DNA of 63,441 bases, the filler included, from Octopus bimaculoides (Eukaryota), in assembly GCF_001194135.2 (NCBI RefSeq). It is 5 parts of 4 records of this genome, joined end to end, with 100 filler letters (N's around TTAATTAATTAA, not from the genome) between each part and the next. Parts side by side here need not be neighbours in the genome. Positions count along the whole stretch, not along the records: positions 1 to 28,885 come from NC_068998.1; 4 more parts are not named here. One strand, 5' to 3'. The notes beneath the pieces were generated by a model that ran no database searches, was not told the origin of the DNA, and was given only the letters and a program-made list of their open reading frames with translations. A program made the position numbers and the translations under genes. The number at the start of each line of letters is the position of its first letter. Position 1 is the stretch's first letter. Shown here in pieces: positions 12,051-25,236 of the stretch.

Positions 12051-13289
12051 CAACAGCTCTACGTTTTGTTTTCGCTGATTTTTTTTTTTGTTGGTGGTGG
12101 TGGTGGGGATCTTTTTAATTTTTGGGGTCGTATTAGCATCATAATGAAATTCAATCATTGGTAATTATTTCATGTGAAGTAATTATATGGAGTTAGAAAA
12201 AAAAAAGCATTTTCTAATTTAATTCAACATCAGAAACACATATGGCGATCGCGCTTGAGAATATGGGATAATTTTCCAGCAAACTAAGAGACAGTGAAAC
12301 GATTTCGATCCCTGGTAGAAGCTATTTCATTTCATGCACATTACCAATAGACTTTAGAAGTTATAATGATCCCAAAATTCCCTTTTGATTCACTTCTTAA
12401 AGCGTTAGGCTGTTTGGCAAGTTAACAAAACTTAATATTAAATGAATTCGTGACGATTGTTACAAAGGAAAATATAAATAATTCGAGCTGCTGTTGCAAA
12501 CAATACCTGCCCAAAGAACGGTGGTCCCATACGAAGGGGAGTGATTATGCAGATTCGCGTTGTGGTGGAGGACAGGATTACAAATGCTCCAACTGTAGAC
12601 GTTTGAAAGTTTCTGCTTTAGTAGAGGAGAAAATTCGTGATCATCCGACAATGTAACTCAAAAACAGTGACAGTAGCAAATGTAACACTTCAGAAAATAG
12701 TTATCACAGCAAGTGTAACACAAAGCAATGCAACATCTAGCAATGTAACATCCAACAATGTAACACAAAAACAATAATAATAGTAGAAAGTGTAACACCT
12801 CAGAAAACAGTAAGCGTAGCAGCAATGACGTAAAAAACATCGTCAATAGCAACCGTCTGTTTTGTTTTCAGTATTATATCTTGGACTACATTATATCTAA
12901 TGTGTCCTCTTCGAAAACAGTTCGGCGTAATTTGACGCAGATTTTGCTACTATTTTTAGCAGGCCGAGCATCCAAATAGAGCCTTCTCTCTGGTTTGTAT
13001 AAAGTTGTAATTCATGCGCGTTGTACTCTCGTTAGAGTGTGGCGGTCCTAATGCAGGCAGTGGTGGCGGAATGGCGGCGGCGGAGTGACAGCGGCGATAA
13101 ACGAGTTAGTAAAGTATGTGGGAGTATAGATGCGTTGTCTAAGGGAGTATAAGTGGTGGTGGTGGTGGGTATTGCTGTTGCTCATGGCATTAAATTGACG
13201 ATGATTGTTGTGGGAGTAAATTTTTAAAAAATTAATTTAAGACGTTTTGATGCTTAGATTACATAATTAGTCGATTATTTGTAAACAAA

Positions 13290-13300
13290 ATCTCTCTCTC

Positions 13301-13393
<93 letters not shown>
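13290..13393. repeat. (CT)n microsatellite
   Basis: Directly visible. Confidence 0.95.
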
Positions 13394-13397
<4 letters not shown>

Positions 13398-15097
13398 ATT
13401 GATAGGAAAATTTGAGCATACTTGCACAAATCACTTACAGATGAGATTTTTTTTTTTTTTTACTTTTTAGTTCCAGCGCAGAAATAATTCTGCGACACAG
13501 TATTATTAGATTTTAGTATTTATTTATTTATTTTGATGAATTTATGATGTAATTTGGTATATCGACTAATTTCTGGTAAAAGAGTGACCAACAGTTCGTT
13601 TCACGGCCCTGACGTTGAGTTGTATCCATATCCAAGATACTTAACTCGAAAGAGGGTGTAATTTACCAATTACGACATCATGTAGTGCTAAGATCAGTTT
13701 CTCCCGTTAGAAAAGCAATTTGCAAAAATTTAATGTGTCCTTCCTTTTTTTAAGGTTCTACAGCGAGGAATTGATGGAGATTGATGGAGATTTGTGAGTT
13801 ATTTCCAGCTGCTTGAACAATCAGTTGTTGTCGTGTGGCGGCGGTGGTGTTGATGATGATAGAGCTGACAGGGTAGTCATATTACTAAGACTTCTACGAT
13901 AGCCAAACTTATAGAGAGCTCAAATGCAGTTATTGAAAGTTAGCAAAATACTCATATTCAGAACGCTGATACTCCCTACAGCAACAAATCAATCTGTCTT
14001 GTAGTATATAATGCAACGACGGATCCTCTACCTGGTCGTTTTATCGGCTAGAAATGGTGGCCAAATCTCTGTCATATCATATCATATCTTACCGTCTTAT
14101 AAAAGACATTAGATAATGTAGCCCTAGATACACCATGTTGAAACATAGATAGGATGTTCACGGCTGAAATATACATGTGGTTGTTGAAACTTGATGGTGT
14201 ACAAAGCTGTGCTGTTAACAGGATAAGAATCTGTTGAATATCCATTATCCTATTGACTCAGCAAGTCGTGACTTATCCTTAACTAAATGAATTATTTCAC
14301 ATAAAGTTGACCAAGGGGAATACAGTGCAGCGTCTGGATTGATTATTCAGACAATAGTCCGGGGCCTTGAAGATTGGACCAACTTCAACAGTGTCATAGT
14401 GATCAGAAATTACTTTCACATACATCCCCATCTGCACTTCTCTATATCTTTAAATAGGAAATAAAGCAGAGAGAATAGTATGGAAACCGCAACAGACTTG
14501 CCAAACACTATTTGAACAGTGGTCTTGCCTTTTGTTCCCATGGAATAATATGTTTTCTTGAAATTATTGACAGCTTCACTTGGTCTAAATCTGACATGCT
14601 AGGCAGAATTAGATTCCATTTTTAGAATCGGTATACTTACGTTGATAAAAGACTATGTGATCAGTAGAGTGAACATTTTAATATCAGCTAGAATATTTAG
14701 CGAAGCTATTATTGATTCTTTAAGTAATATAAATTCACAAAAGCTTTAGGAAATGGGGTTGAATTTATGGTCATGCCTTTCCGAGTGCATTATTTACGTA
14801 AGTGAATTAGCTTAATCGATCGGGACTAGAAACCGAATCGTGGATTTATTTACCGTGATGAGAGAGTACAGAGATTCCTGCTCTACAGTAAACTTAAGCT
14901 TTGTAATTCTGAATTCTTAAATAAAAATAGCTTATTTGTTGGAGTGGGGATGAAACAGTCAATGGTACTGACTTCCAGCAGTATAAAAATATTCACATTA
15001 TTGTCTTTGACTTCGCTGCCGAGAGATATTAAAGTAAAATATCTTTATGCATTTAGTTCGTTATTCTCTTCACCGGAAAATATCTTTTTAGAATAAA

Positions 15098-15597
15098 CTG
15101 GCACTCCGTCGGTTACGACGACGTGTATTCCAGTTGATTCGATCAATCAATAAGCCTGCTTGTGTAATTACCGAGCAAGTTGCTGGCACTCCGTCGAGGG
15201 TTCCAGTTGATCCGATCAACGGAACAGCCTGCTCGTGAAATTAACGTGCAAGTGGCTGAGCACTCCACAGACACGTGTACCCTTAACGTAGTTCTCGGGG
15301 ATATTCAGCGTGACACAGTGTGTGACAAGGCTGACCCTTTGAATTACAGGCACAACAGAAACAGGAAGTAAGAGAAAGTTGTGGTGAAAGAGTACAGCAG
15401 GGTTCGCCACCGTCCCCTGCCGGAGCCTCGTGGAACTTTAGGTGTTTTCGCTCAATAAACACTCACAACGCCCGGTCTGGGAATCGAAACCGCGTTCCTA
15501 TGATCGCGAGTCCGCTGCCATAACCACTGGGCCATTGCGCCTCCACACCGAGCAAGTAAGCTCAGCACTTCTCAGATACGCGTACCCTTAACGTGTA
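15098..15597 (-). mobile_element. SINE family B: full copy (15181-15546) nested in an older copy of the same family
   Basis: tRNA-like head with A box (TGGCCCAGTGG) and B box (GTTTCGATTCC) on the minus strand. An 11-bp direct repeat ACCGAGCAAGT flanks it at 15170-15180 and 15547-15557. Confidence 0.85.
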
Positions 15598-15719
15598 TTG
15601 TAGAAATATGATCGACTTATTGCCCATAATTTTTAACAACTGTATATTATATGGCTCCCCATGGGCCATATGAACTCTGGTTGAGAACCATTGCTCTAAC
15701 CTGTCGGTTTATGAAGCTA

Positions 15720-16330
15720 CTCAAATGGCCACACGATTATTCTGTTGAGGATTTGTGATAAGTATGAAGAACGACATCCTTGGAGCCCGATGGACTTTCG
15801 AGCCGGTATCCATGGGTAATTTCCAGAAACCCCTTCCTTGGCAATGCTACCGGAGTGTATTGCCGGTTCGGGATAAACTCTAGAGGTATGATAGTGCAGG
15901 CAACTGCACTGGCTCGAGACGCATGCAGAGTGACGAAACCGTTCTGCACCCACTCGTCGAGTATAGCGGACTTGTGAAGTTATGTCGAACAGTGGCTATC
16001 ACATGTCGGGTGGACCCAACTATCAGCCGATTCCATCCTGGAGATCGCCCCGCCGGCTTCACTTGATCGAGAAGGGCGGCCAGTTCCCCATTTGGTAGTT
16101 ATGGTGAAAAAAGTTATGTGGTGGACACGACTAAAAGGGCTGAACATAGACACTTCTCTTTTCGACCGAGCCTTCATCGATATTTTCAAATTCCACTTGG
16201 AAAGAGAAGTGGAGATAGAGAGGGAATGCTACCCATCCACCTTATAAATTTGTAAAATGTTGGGTGAATGTGGTGAGAATGGCTCGAGTGAATTGACCTA
16301 CTCTAAGAATGCTCTTGTAGACTGAAAAAT
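15720..16330 (+). mobile_element. Tx1/L1-clade LINE ORF2 C-terminal relic (zf-RVT region)
   Basis: Translates as NFQKPLPWQCYRSVLPVRDKL*...RRMQSDETVLHPLVEY (decayed CxxC...HxxxxC), then SYVEQWLSHVG...KKVMWWTRLKG...FKFHLEREVEIERE. Confidence 0.7.
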
Positions 16331-16407
16331 ACGGAAGAGAAAGGAGCACTTGTTACAGTAATAATAATAATAAAGAGAAAGGAGCACTTGTTACAGTAAT
16401 AATAATC

Positions 16408-16450
<43 letters not shown>

Positions 16451-16453
<3 letters not shown>

Positions 16454-16779
16454 CAGCGAAACGGGCTGATTACTACCTAGCTCAGATACCAGGAAACCCC
16501 AAAATGGCTGAAGTTCAAAAGATAGTGCTCTTGGGAACTGCCCATATCCTACGTAAAATACTGTCTATGTGATCTCAAATTTTAAAGCAAACACATAATT
16601 TTGTTATGGTTTCTTAAACATTCTCTAGAACAACACTATGTACAAATCGAAATATATGGTACCCTAGGCATAACACCTACATGGACTTCTAACTTGTTGT
16701 CTCTTGAGGTCTCTGGGTGAGACTTGGATCCAACTTGTACAAATGCAAAGCAAAAGTCAAACATAAAATAATAATAATA

Positions 16780-16780
<1 letters not shown>
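16451..16780 (+). mobile_element. 5'-truncated REL-endonuclease LINE (R4/Dong-like), family 2, in a (TAA)n tract
   Basis: ADYYLAQIPGNPKMAEVQKIVLLGTAHILRKILSM* (16465-16572), homologous to the 5307-5500 peptide. A ~200-nt 3' UTR follows, and (TAA)n lies on both sides. Confidence 0.8.
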
Positions 16781-16839
<59 letters not shown>

Positions 16840-17628
16840 GTCGAGTGATTGGTCGTTCATATACTGAAAAAAAAAATTATCAATAAAAAGACAACACGCC
16901 ACTTGACGGACGAGAGTCTTTTCATCTGACATACAGTTCTCCAAATTATATTAATTTTGAAGTTCTTGAAAAATACATCGTTGATGTGATTTGTATAATG
17001 AACGAAAGTTTATTTTTTTTTAAAAACTACAAACGATGGAACTTAGAGGAAAAACCCAAAACGAAGGATAAAAAGGAACTCATATCGCAAAGGAAAATGC
17101 TTTATAAATAGGAATTATCTTTTGACAATACACAGTTAAGAACCGATATTTTTAGTTAAACGAAAATACCGATTTATAAACCCATTAATAATATTGCTTT
17201 TGATTTGTATTTTTCTTGATATACTTCGTTGTAGATTTGTTAGCTTGCTTCATGGATAATTAAATTCTATGTATTCGTCTAGGTATCTTGTTGTAAATGA
17301 GTGTAAATATGAATACACATGGTATAGCTTTGTACATAGGATAACGAACACAGTCTCCAGAGAGCACACTTTCGCTCACTATATTTCTCTCTCTCTCTCT
17401 CTCTTCCTCACTTCTCTCTCTCCCCTACTCTCTCTCCTTCTCTCCCTCCCTCTCCTTCTCTCTCTCTCTCCTACACTTTCTCTCCTTCTCTCTCTCTCCC
17501 TCGATTTATCTTTCGATTTATTGGTCTACGTTTTCCACTTTCTCCAGCACTCTACTTATCTTTCTCTCTTACTTTCTCTCTCGCTCTTTCTATCTGTCTT
17601 TTACCTCTTCTCTTATATTTCCACCCTC

Positions 17629-17679
<51 letters not shown>

Positions 17680-18613
17680 NNNNNNNNNNNNNNNNNNNNN
17701 NNNNNNNNNNNNNNNNNNNNNNNNNNNNNNNNNNNNNNNNNNNNNNNNNNNNNNNNNNNNNNNNNNNNNNNNNNNNNNNNNNNNNNNNNNNNNNNNNNNN
17801 NNNNNNNNNNNNNNNNNNNNNNNNNNNNNNNNNNNNNNNNNNNNNNNNNNNNNNNNNNNNNNNNNNNNNNNNNNNNNNNNNNNNNNNNNNNNNNNNNNNN
17901 NNNNNNNNNNNNNNNNNNNNNNNNNNNNNNNNNNNNNNNNNNNNNNNNNNNNNNNNNNNNNNNNNNNNNNNNNNNNNNNNNNNNNNNNNNNNNNNNNNNN
18001 NNNNNNNNNNNNNNNNNNNNNNNNNNNNNNNNNNNNNNNNNNNNNNNNNNNTATATATATATATATATTCATATATTTCTATATATACGTATACATACAC
18101 ACATGCATACATATATATATAAATATATATGTATACATACACACACACACACACACACACACATACATACATATATATATATATACATATACGCACACAA
18201 ATATATATATATCCACGCACGTACACAAAAACAAATAGAAACACATACACACAAAGACATCCGAAATAATATTATCAAAGTTGAATAAAGAGTTAGAGGG
18301 GAGTGCGAATGTCATAGAGCGAAAGTTAATTGTCTAAGATTATTTTTTGTGATAAAATAATGGAATTTCTGTGATTATTAGAAACATGTGACGAATTCCC
18401 ATAATTATCCAAAAGCTAAAGGCATCCCCCCCACACTGTTTTTCGCTTTTCATTCCTATATCATAAAAGTTGTCCATCGGGAGAAATTTCTGGACAAACA
18501 CAATGTGTGATGTAAAGTATGCGTATACATACCCATACACTCATATATGTATGTATATATGTGTGTGTGTATGTGTGTTCATGCTTGTAGGCATATGTCT
18601 ATATATATATATA

Positions 18614-18828
18614 TAATAAAGTAAAGTTGTGGAATACCGTACGAGTGGAAATATATATGAAAGAAGGTTTGAAAATGCACTTATTTTTAAAAAATATTTA
18701 TTTACTTAACCGGTTTCACTTTTTTAGAAAAAGACTTTTGATAATCTTTTTCTAAAAAAGTGAAACCGGTTAAGTAAATAAATATTTTTAAAAAATAAGT
18801 GCATTTTCAAACCTTCTTTCATATATAT
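18614..18828. repeat. Near-perfect palindrome (84-bp arms, 10-nt loop); probable Penelope-type terminal-repeat fold-back
   Basis: 18651-18734 is the reverse complement of 18745-18828 with one mismatch. Each arm carries GAAACCGGT, and (TA)n lies on both flanks. Confidence 0.85.
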
Positions 18829-20080
18829 ATATAACGATAGCGAGTGGCAGTGTTAAGGAGTCCTTTTTGATGGCTCTAGGTCTGATGAGTTCATTAAACA
18901 ATATAATCACCAAATATTTCTGTAGCAATATACAACTATACACCCATAGAGACTACGATTTGTAATAGATTATTGCACAGACACAGACGCGCGTGCGCAC
19001 ACGCACACACGTACACACACACACACACGCACACACGCACGTACGCACCCATACACACATACACACATATTTGTGTCTATATGTATCCTTATATATGGAT
19101 ATGCCTCTATATGTATAGATGCATATATAAGGATAGGCCTCTGACAGCTGTTTCTAGAATATCCCAGCTAGTGGAACATCGTGCCGAGTGAAGATTCCAC
19201 ATGTTGAGTATACAGTCATCGGAGAAAGACAAGTTAGACATGTAACGGGGGAAGAAAGTTCCTCATCAATGATAGTTGTGATTCTTTATGTCTAGAAATG
19301 GAGGAGAAAACCAATTAAATCCAGTTAAAACGGGTATTCATTAGGTAAATCCATGATCAGAGACAATAATTTGATAGTAATCCATGGCGAGGGAAAATGG
19401 ATGCTAGCAGTTCCAAACTTGGACAAATACTGATTATTTTTTATTTGCGAGTTTTTATCAAATTTATTAAAATCCTATAAAAGTAGGATACCAATGAAGT
19501 GAGTTCGAATCCAGCCGACGTTGTTTTAACGCTACCATCATTGCACCGCTGTCACCAGTGCTGTCGTGAATTTCCTTGAATCAGCCATTTTCCTGCAATT
19601 ACCTATAAAAAAAAAACCGAATATATAAGTTGTATAGAAGTAGCAACAGTAATGAATATTACTGTGGTTTCTGATTGGAACCTCCAGGTTTCCTGCACTG
19701 AGAGAGCCTGGTTAAGAATCTATACAGTTACGTGACATACCCATAGACCTTGCCACTATATCATGACACCAATTAGCATGTTGTAGAGAGTGCTTAAAAA
19801 CTCAAGGGTTCATAAAACTGACATGATCATTGTAAACAAAATCTGAATTAGATTTTATATTTACTTTTATATTTACTTTAATTTTATGTTCCCCAAAATG
19901 CTGACTTGGAAAGTCAAAGTTTTAAGTTTAGTCGATTCTTATTAGCAGACTAACCTATTACTAATGGCTGACTAAAAATTTCCGTATCGCGCTATAAATG
20001 GGGCTTTTTCCCGTCAGTTTTAAAACAAAATCAGTTTTTAAAAAGTCAATTCTATGATTTTGATTTTCTAACATCCATGA

Positions 20081-20257
20081 CTGTTTCTAAACATCAATGG
20101 CTTCCAAAGCCGAAAATGCTTCGACATTACGCCGAAGACTGGCTTCTAAACTTCAATGGCTCCCAAAGCCTAAAGTGCTTAGACATTATGCCGAAGATTG
20201 GCTTCTAAACTTCAATGGCTCCCAAAGCCTAAAGTGCTTAGACATTATGCCGAAGAC
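20081..20257. repeat. 59-bp minisatellite, 3 copies
   Basis: Unit TGGCTTCTAAACTTCAATGGCTCCCAAAGCCTAAAGTGCTTAGACATTATGCCGAAGAT. Copies 2 and 3 are almost identical; copy 1 is diverged. Confidence 0.9.
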
Positions 20258-21354
20258 ATAATGAAATCTAAAACAGATTTTCTGTAAACTTCGTTTTGTA
20301 CTCACCTGATATATTACCAAGTGTTCTGTTGATCTGTCAACTGACCTGATATAACTTCAGCAATCAAGATCAGATCGAGACTATGCAAGACCAGTTCTAA
20401 TCAAGTTAGATTAGATCTATATCGGTTCCTCGATAGAAATGAGAAATAACCGGCTTTTTATAGCCAAAAGTACCAGGAGTGGGCGAGGCTAAATTTACGT
20501 CATGTATGGAATATCTCAAAACTTCTCGATTACAGACACAATATAACGCAATAATATATACTTTAAAGTCTTCCGTTCTTTCCTTTTGTGTTAATACAAA
20601 AATAAATGTAATTGTGATGACGTAACAATGGAATACTTTTTTTCTCAAAATGTCGGCGATTTGAAGTATTTATATCTTTGTTCTTCATTCAAGTGTATTA
20701 GAGAATAAGAAAATTGAAATATTTTCAAAATTGTATTTATTTACTAGACATTATGGCGTTTTTTATTTTTTCTTTCTTTAAGGTAATATATTATTTGGTT
20801 CATAGAATAATACCAAGTATGTTACTGGTGTTTGTTTTATAAACTGTGAAGCAATAGTTATTCAAATCGATATCAGCGAGATTCGAAGAGTAGTACCGAT
20901 CGAAAACAAAAATAAAATGGAACGTTTCCTCTTTCGTAAATTTCTCCAGTAGTATTAACCACCTGAGGGATATGAGACGCATTCAGCTGAGATTTGAAAC
21001 CAGGCATCGAACCAACTTATTTCCTGCTGTTCTTTGTTCACTTTTATATATTCTGAGACTATCATATCCAATCAACAACAACAATAAAAATAATTCCTTG
21101 CCATAACGTTCCATATATTTGATATGAAGCATAGACAGAGGAGAAAAAAGAGGAAGGAGTAGAGAGCCCAGAGAAAAGCTCGTGTTTCGTTACATGGCCG
21201 AAAAATAACTAACCGGAAGTTGGATAGAGATAGAGATTGTGGATTTTGAAGGCAGGAGAGTGCAAAAATGGCTATTGTGTGTGTGAGTGTGTGTGAGAGC
21301 GTGTGTTTGTGTGTGTGTGTGTGTTTTGTCTGAGTGTGTGTGTGTGTTAGGAGA

Positions 21355-21438
21355 GAGAAGAAGAAGAAGAAGAAGAAGAAGAAGAAGAAGAAGAAGAAGA
21401 AGAAGAAGAAGAAGAAGAAGAAGAAGAAGAAGAAGAAT
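21355..21438. repeat. (AGA)n microsatellite
   Basis: Directly visible. Confidence 0.95.
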
Positions 21439-21991
21439 CATCTTTGTACTGCTTTGGAAAGTAAGTCAGCGAAATTTAGATATATTTCGTACGAATAATG
21501 GTATTCAGTCGACAACAGGATACGACAGACCAAGGATTCTTTGGCTAACAACCGTTTCAGTCAACTAAAAGCTTGTTTTTCTCTTTCCTTTTCTTGCTCT
21601 GTCATTCCATTTATCTCTCTGTTTATCAGTCGGTGAATCTATTTGTCTATTTGTGTGTCTGTCGGTCTATCTTTTGTGTTCCTGTTGCAGCAGCATCTAT
21701 TTCCTGCATACGCTTTGTCCCACTTCATCGCTGAACGAAACGCTCGCCAACAACAGCGTCTCTACCGACAACAACAGTTATCATTCACAAGTCTCCTTCC
21801 CACCCTTTGCTCCTCTCTCTTTCCCTGACACGCTCTCCCCCCCGCTCTCTTTATATATATTTATGGTAGGTGGGGTGGGGGGAGTCACCTCCAAGGAAAT
21901 GGGCGTTAAAATGCCTGTTCATGTTGCAAGGAAATAATAAACCGATTATATTCTGTTTTTAGCGTTAAATTCATATTAATAGAGGATTACT

Positions 21992-22059
<68 letters not shown>

Positions 22060-22659
22060 CTCCCTCCCCCTCTAACCCTCTCTTTCTTCCTATCTCATCT
22101 CACCCTCTCTCTCTCAGTGGCTTGCACCATCGCTACCGAGTCACAGATGGTTGAATTGATGGCACCGCATTCTCAATAGAAACGTGGATGGCTTGTATTC
22201 TGACAGCGTCAGCACTGTGACCTACTGTTGCCTAACACTTTTCACACGTATCAGCTCAGCCCACCTGGCTACGACAGCTACCACAATGGTAGTACATCAC
22301 ATTTCTCAAAATTGCGATAATGCTATTTACTTAACGAGAGTTTCATTTGCTTCATGTTCCGAGTTCAAATTTTCCTCCGGTTACGGATGGTTAGAAGATA
22401 AATCTCCAAAACACACACATCGTTAAATATTTACGCACATAGGTAGATACATACACATGTACAGACAAATGCATTCATTCAATTACATACACACATACGC
22501 ATATATATNNNNNNNNNNNNNNNNNNNNNNNNNNNNNNNNNNNNNNNNNNNNNNNNNNNNNNNNNNNNNNNNNNNNNNNNNNNNNNNNNNNNNNNNNNNN
22601 NNNNNNNNNNNNNNNNNNNNNNNNNNNNNNNNNNNNNNNNNNNNNNNNNNNNNNNNNNN

Positions 22660-22705
<46 letters not shown>

Positions 22706-22999
22706 TGTACATACGCATAAGTTTATGCATATATGTACAATACAGCCGAACACATATAAACACACATACATGCAAACACATACATATGCGTGAACATATA
22801 CGCACCCATACATACACTCAGACATATACTATGATATTACATACATACATATATACATACATACACATATACACGCACATACACATATATTTCAACAAAC
22901 ATACACAACTGCACATACACATACAGGTTTCATTTACCTTATGCTATTAGTGAAATGGAGTTATTTCCCTTCCTTTCATTTTTTAAAATTTATTTTAGT

Positions 23000-23264
23000 C
23001 GTTTGCCCGTGGCTATGCTGAAATATCACCCTGATGGGTTTTTAAAAATTTTTAGTCCAAACTAATCGACCCTATTACTTTCTTTTAAGGTTTTTAAGGA
23101 AACAGTGGCACAACGAGGTTTCCGTCTACCAAATCCATGCACAAGGCTTTGATTGTCATGGGGCTATCGTAGAGGACACTTGCCCAAGATACCACGCTGT
23201 GGGACCGAACCCGAAACCGAAACCATGTGGTTGGGAAGGAAAGTCCTTACCACACAATCATGCT
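23000..23264 (-). mobile_element. SINE family A, degenerate copy
   Basis: Reverse complement of the head and tail seen at 25237-25650 and 38479-38643. Confidence 0.75.
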
Positions 23265-23884
23265 TTTGCTCATTAAATTTTTTATTTGTCTAAATTATAC
23301 TGGCCAGAAATTATTCGTAATTCTTCTGTAATATGTAGAAACTTTGCAATTGATAGGTAAACTAGATTAGATTATAAAATGCTTATGAGGTTTAATAGAC
23401 CGAAACATACCCTTAGTTGTCCCTTGCCTGCGAACAAAGATAAAACTTTCTCTTAGCAAATTAACTTTGAGAGATTAATTCTTGAGGTCTAGCAATTATC
23501 TCACCTTTTCTTTGGGAGTCGCTAACAATTGCCGCTAGTGTTAGTTTCACTTTTTAATTATAAAGATGTCAGCTTTGAGATGAAAAGTAATCTGTCTCAG
23601 TAAATCCAAATGCAGGATTCAACACTTTAATAATCCTTGATGGATTAGATTAACTGACACCTGCAATTAATTACGTATCGGCGCACACGTGCACACACAC
23701 ACACGAACACCTATACACACACACATACATACATATGCACAGACATACAAGCATATACACATATACAGACTGACAACACGCGAACTCACATACACGTATG
23801 TAAATATACGCGCTTACACTACCATCATTTAGAACCATACATAAATATATATGTACTTAGATAAAATGTAGCTAGCTAATTATT

Positions 23885-24577
<693 letters not shown>

Positions 24578-25130
24578 GAAGAAATTCTGCATAAACAAAC
24601 GCATAACTTCCATGGGAAACTATTCGATGAATTTGCAACAGTATATCCAACATTAAAGCCACAATATCAGACTTGTTAAATAACTGGTTATTCTTCTAAT
24701 TTCATTCATTGAAGAGACCTATTATTCTAGATTGTTGGGATAGTCGTCTCAAATACACTATGTATAGATTTGCTGCAAGCAACATGGCTAGACACGTGAG
24801 CATCAACGACACTGTAAAACAAATGAATGAATATATTATTTGAAAAAGTAAACAGCCTTATTAGTTGTGTTTATGGAAGCAACTAAAACTATAAGATATA
24901 TTTTTATGACGCTATGTTATGGTTGCTATAAAGAACTAAAGAGAAATTATTCTCCTGTTGACTATGTGAATAGAATGAAATTGTACAGGGACGAAATGCA
25001 TCCAGAAGTGAATTATATCACGACAAAACAATCGCGCCGGCGATTATAATCATCAACCGATCGACCATTTGGCCGCAGGAGATCGATTGATGATAGTAAT
25101 TTTATTCCCGTGGTAAGAAGGCAGGCGCAG

Positions 25131-25220
25131 GCTTACGGCCATATCATGCTGAGAACACCGGTTCTCGTCTGATCACCGAAGTTGAGCAACGTCGAGCCTA
25201 GTGAGTCCTTAGATGGGTGA
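25131..25220 (+). pseudogene. 3'-truncated 5S rRNA retrocopy (first ~90 nt)
   Basis: GCTTACGGCCATATCATGCTGAGAACACCGGTTCTCGTCTGATCACCGAAGTTGAGCAACGTCGAGCCTAGTGAGTCCTTAGATGGGTGA aligns to eukaryotic 5S through box C. A short A-rich tail follows, and a 16-bp imperfect direct repeat flanks it. Confidence 0.85.
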
Positions 25221-25236
25221 ATGAAATAAAGAAGGT

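Noticed and set aside
12460-12651. Minus ORF with TTVLWAGI resembling a Tc1 VMVWAGI motif
   Set aside because: Single short motif; the surrounding DDE residues cannot be aligned convincingly
18880-18910. CTGATGAG exact hammerhead core
   Set aside because: Not followed by a stem II-GAAA arrangement
20295-20420. Strong minus-strand donor CAG|GTGAGT
   Set aside because: All three frames from the nearest plausible acceptor contain stops; at most a non-coding exon
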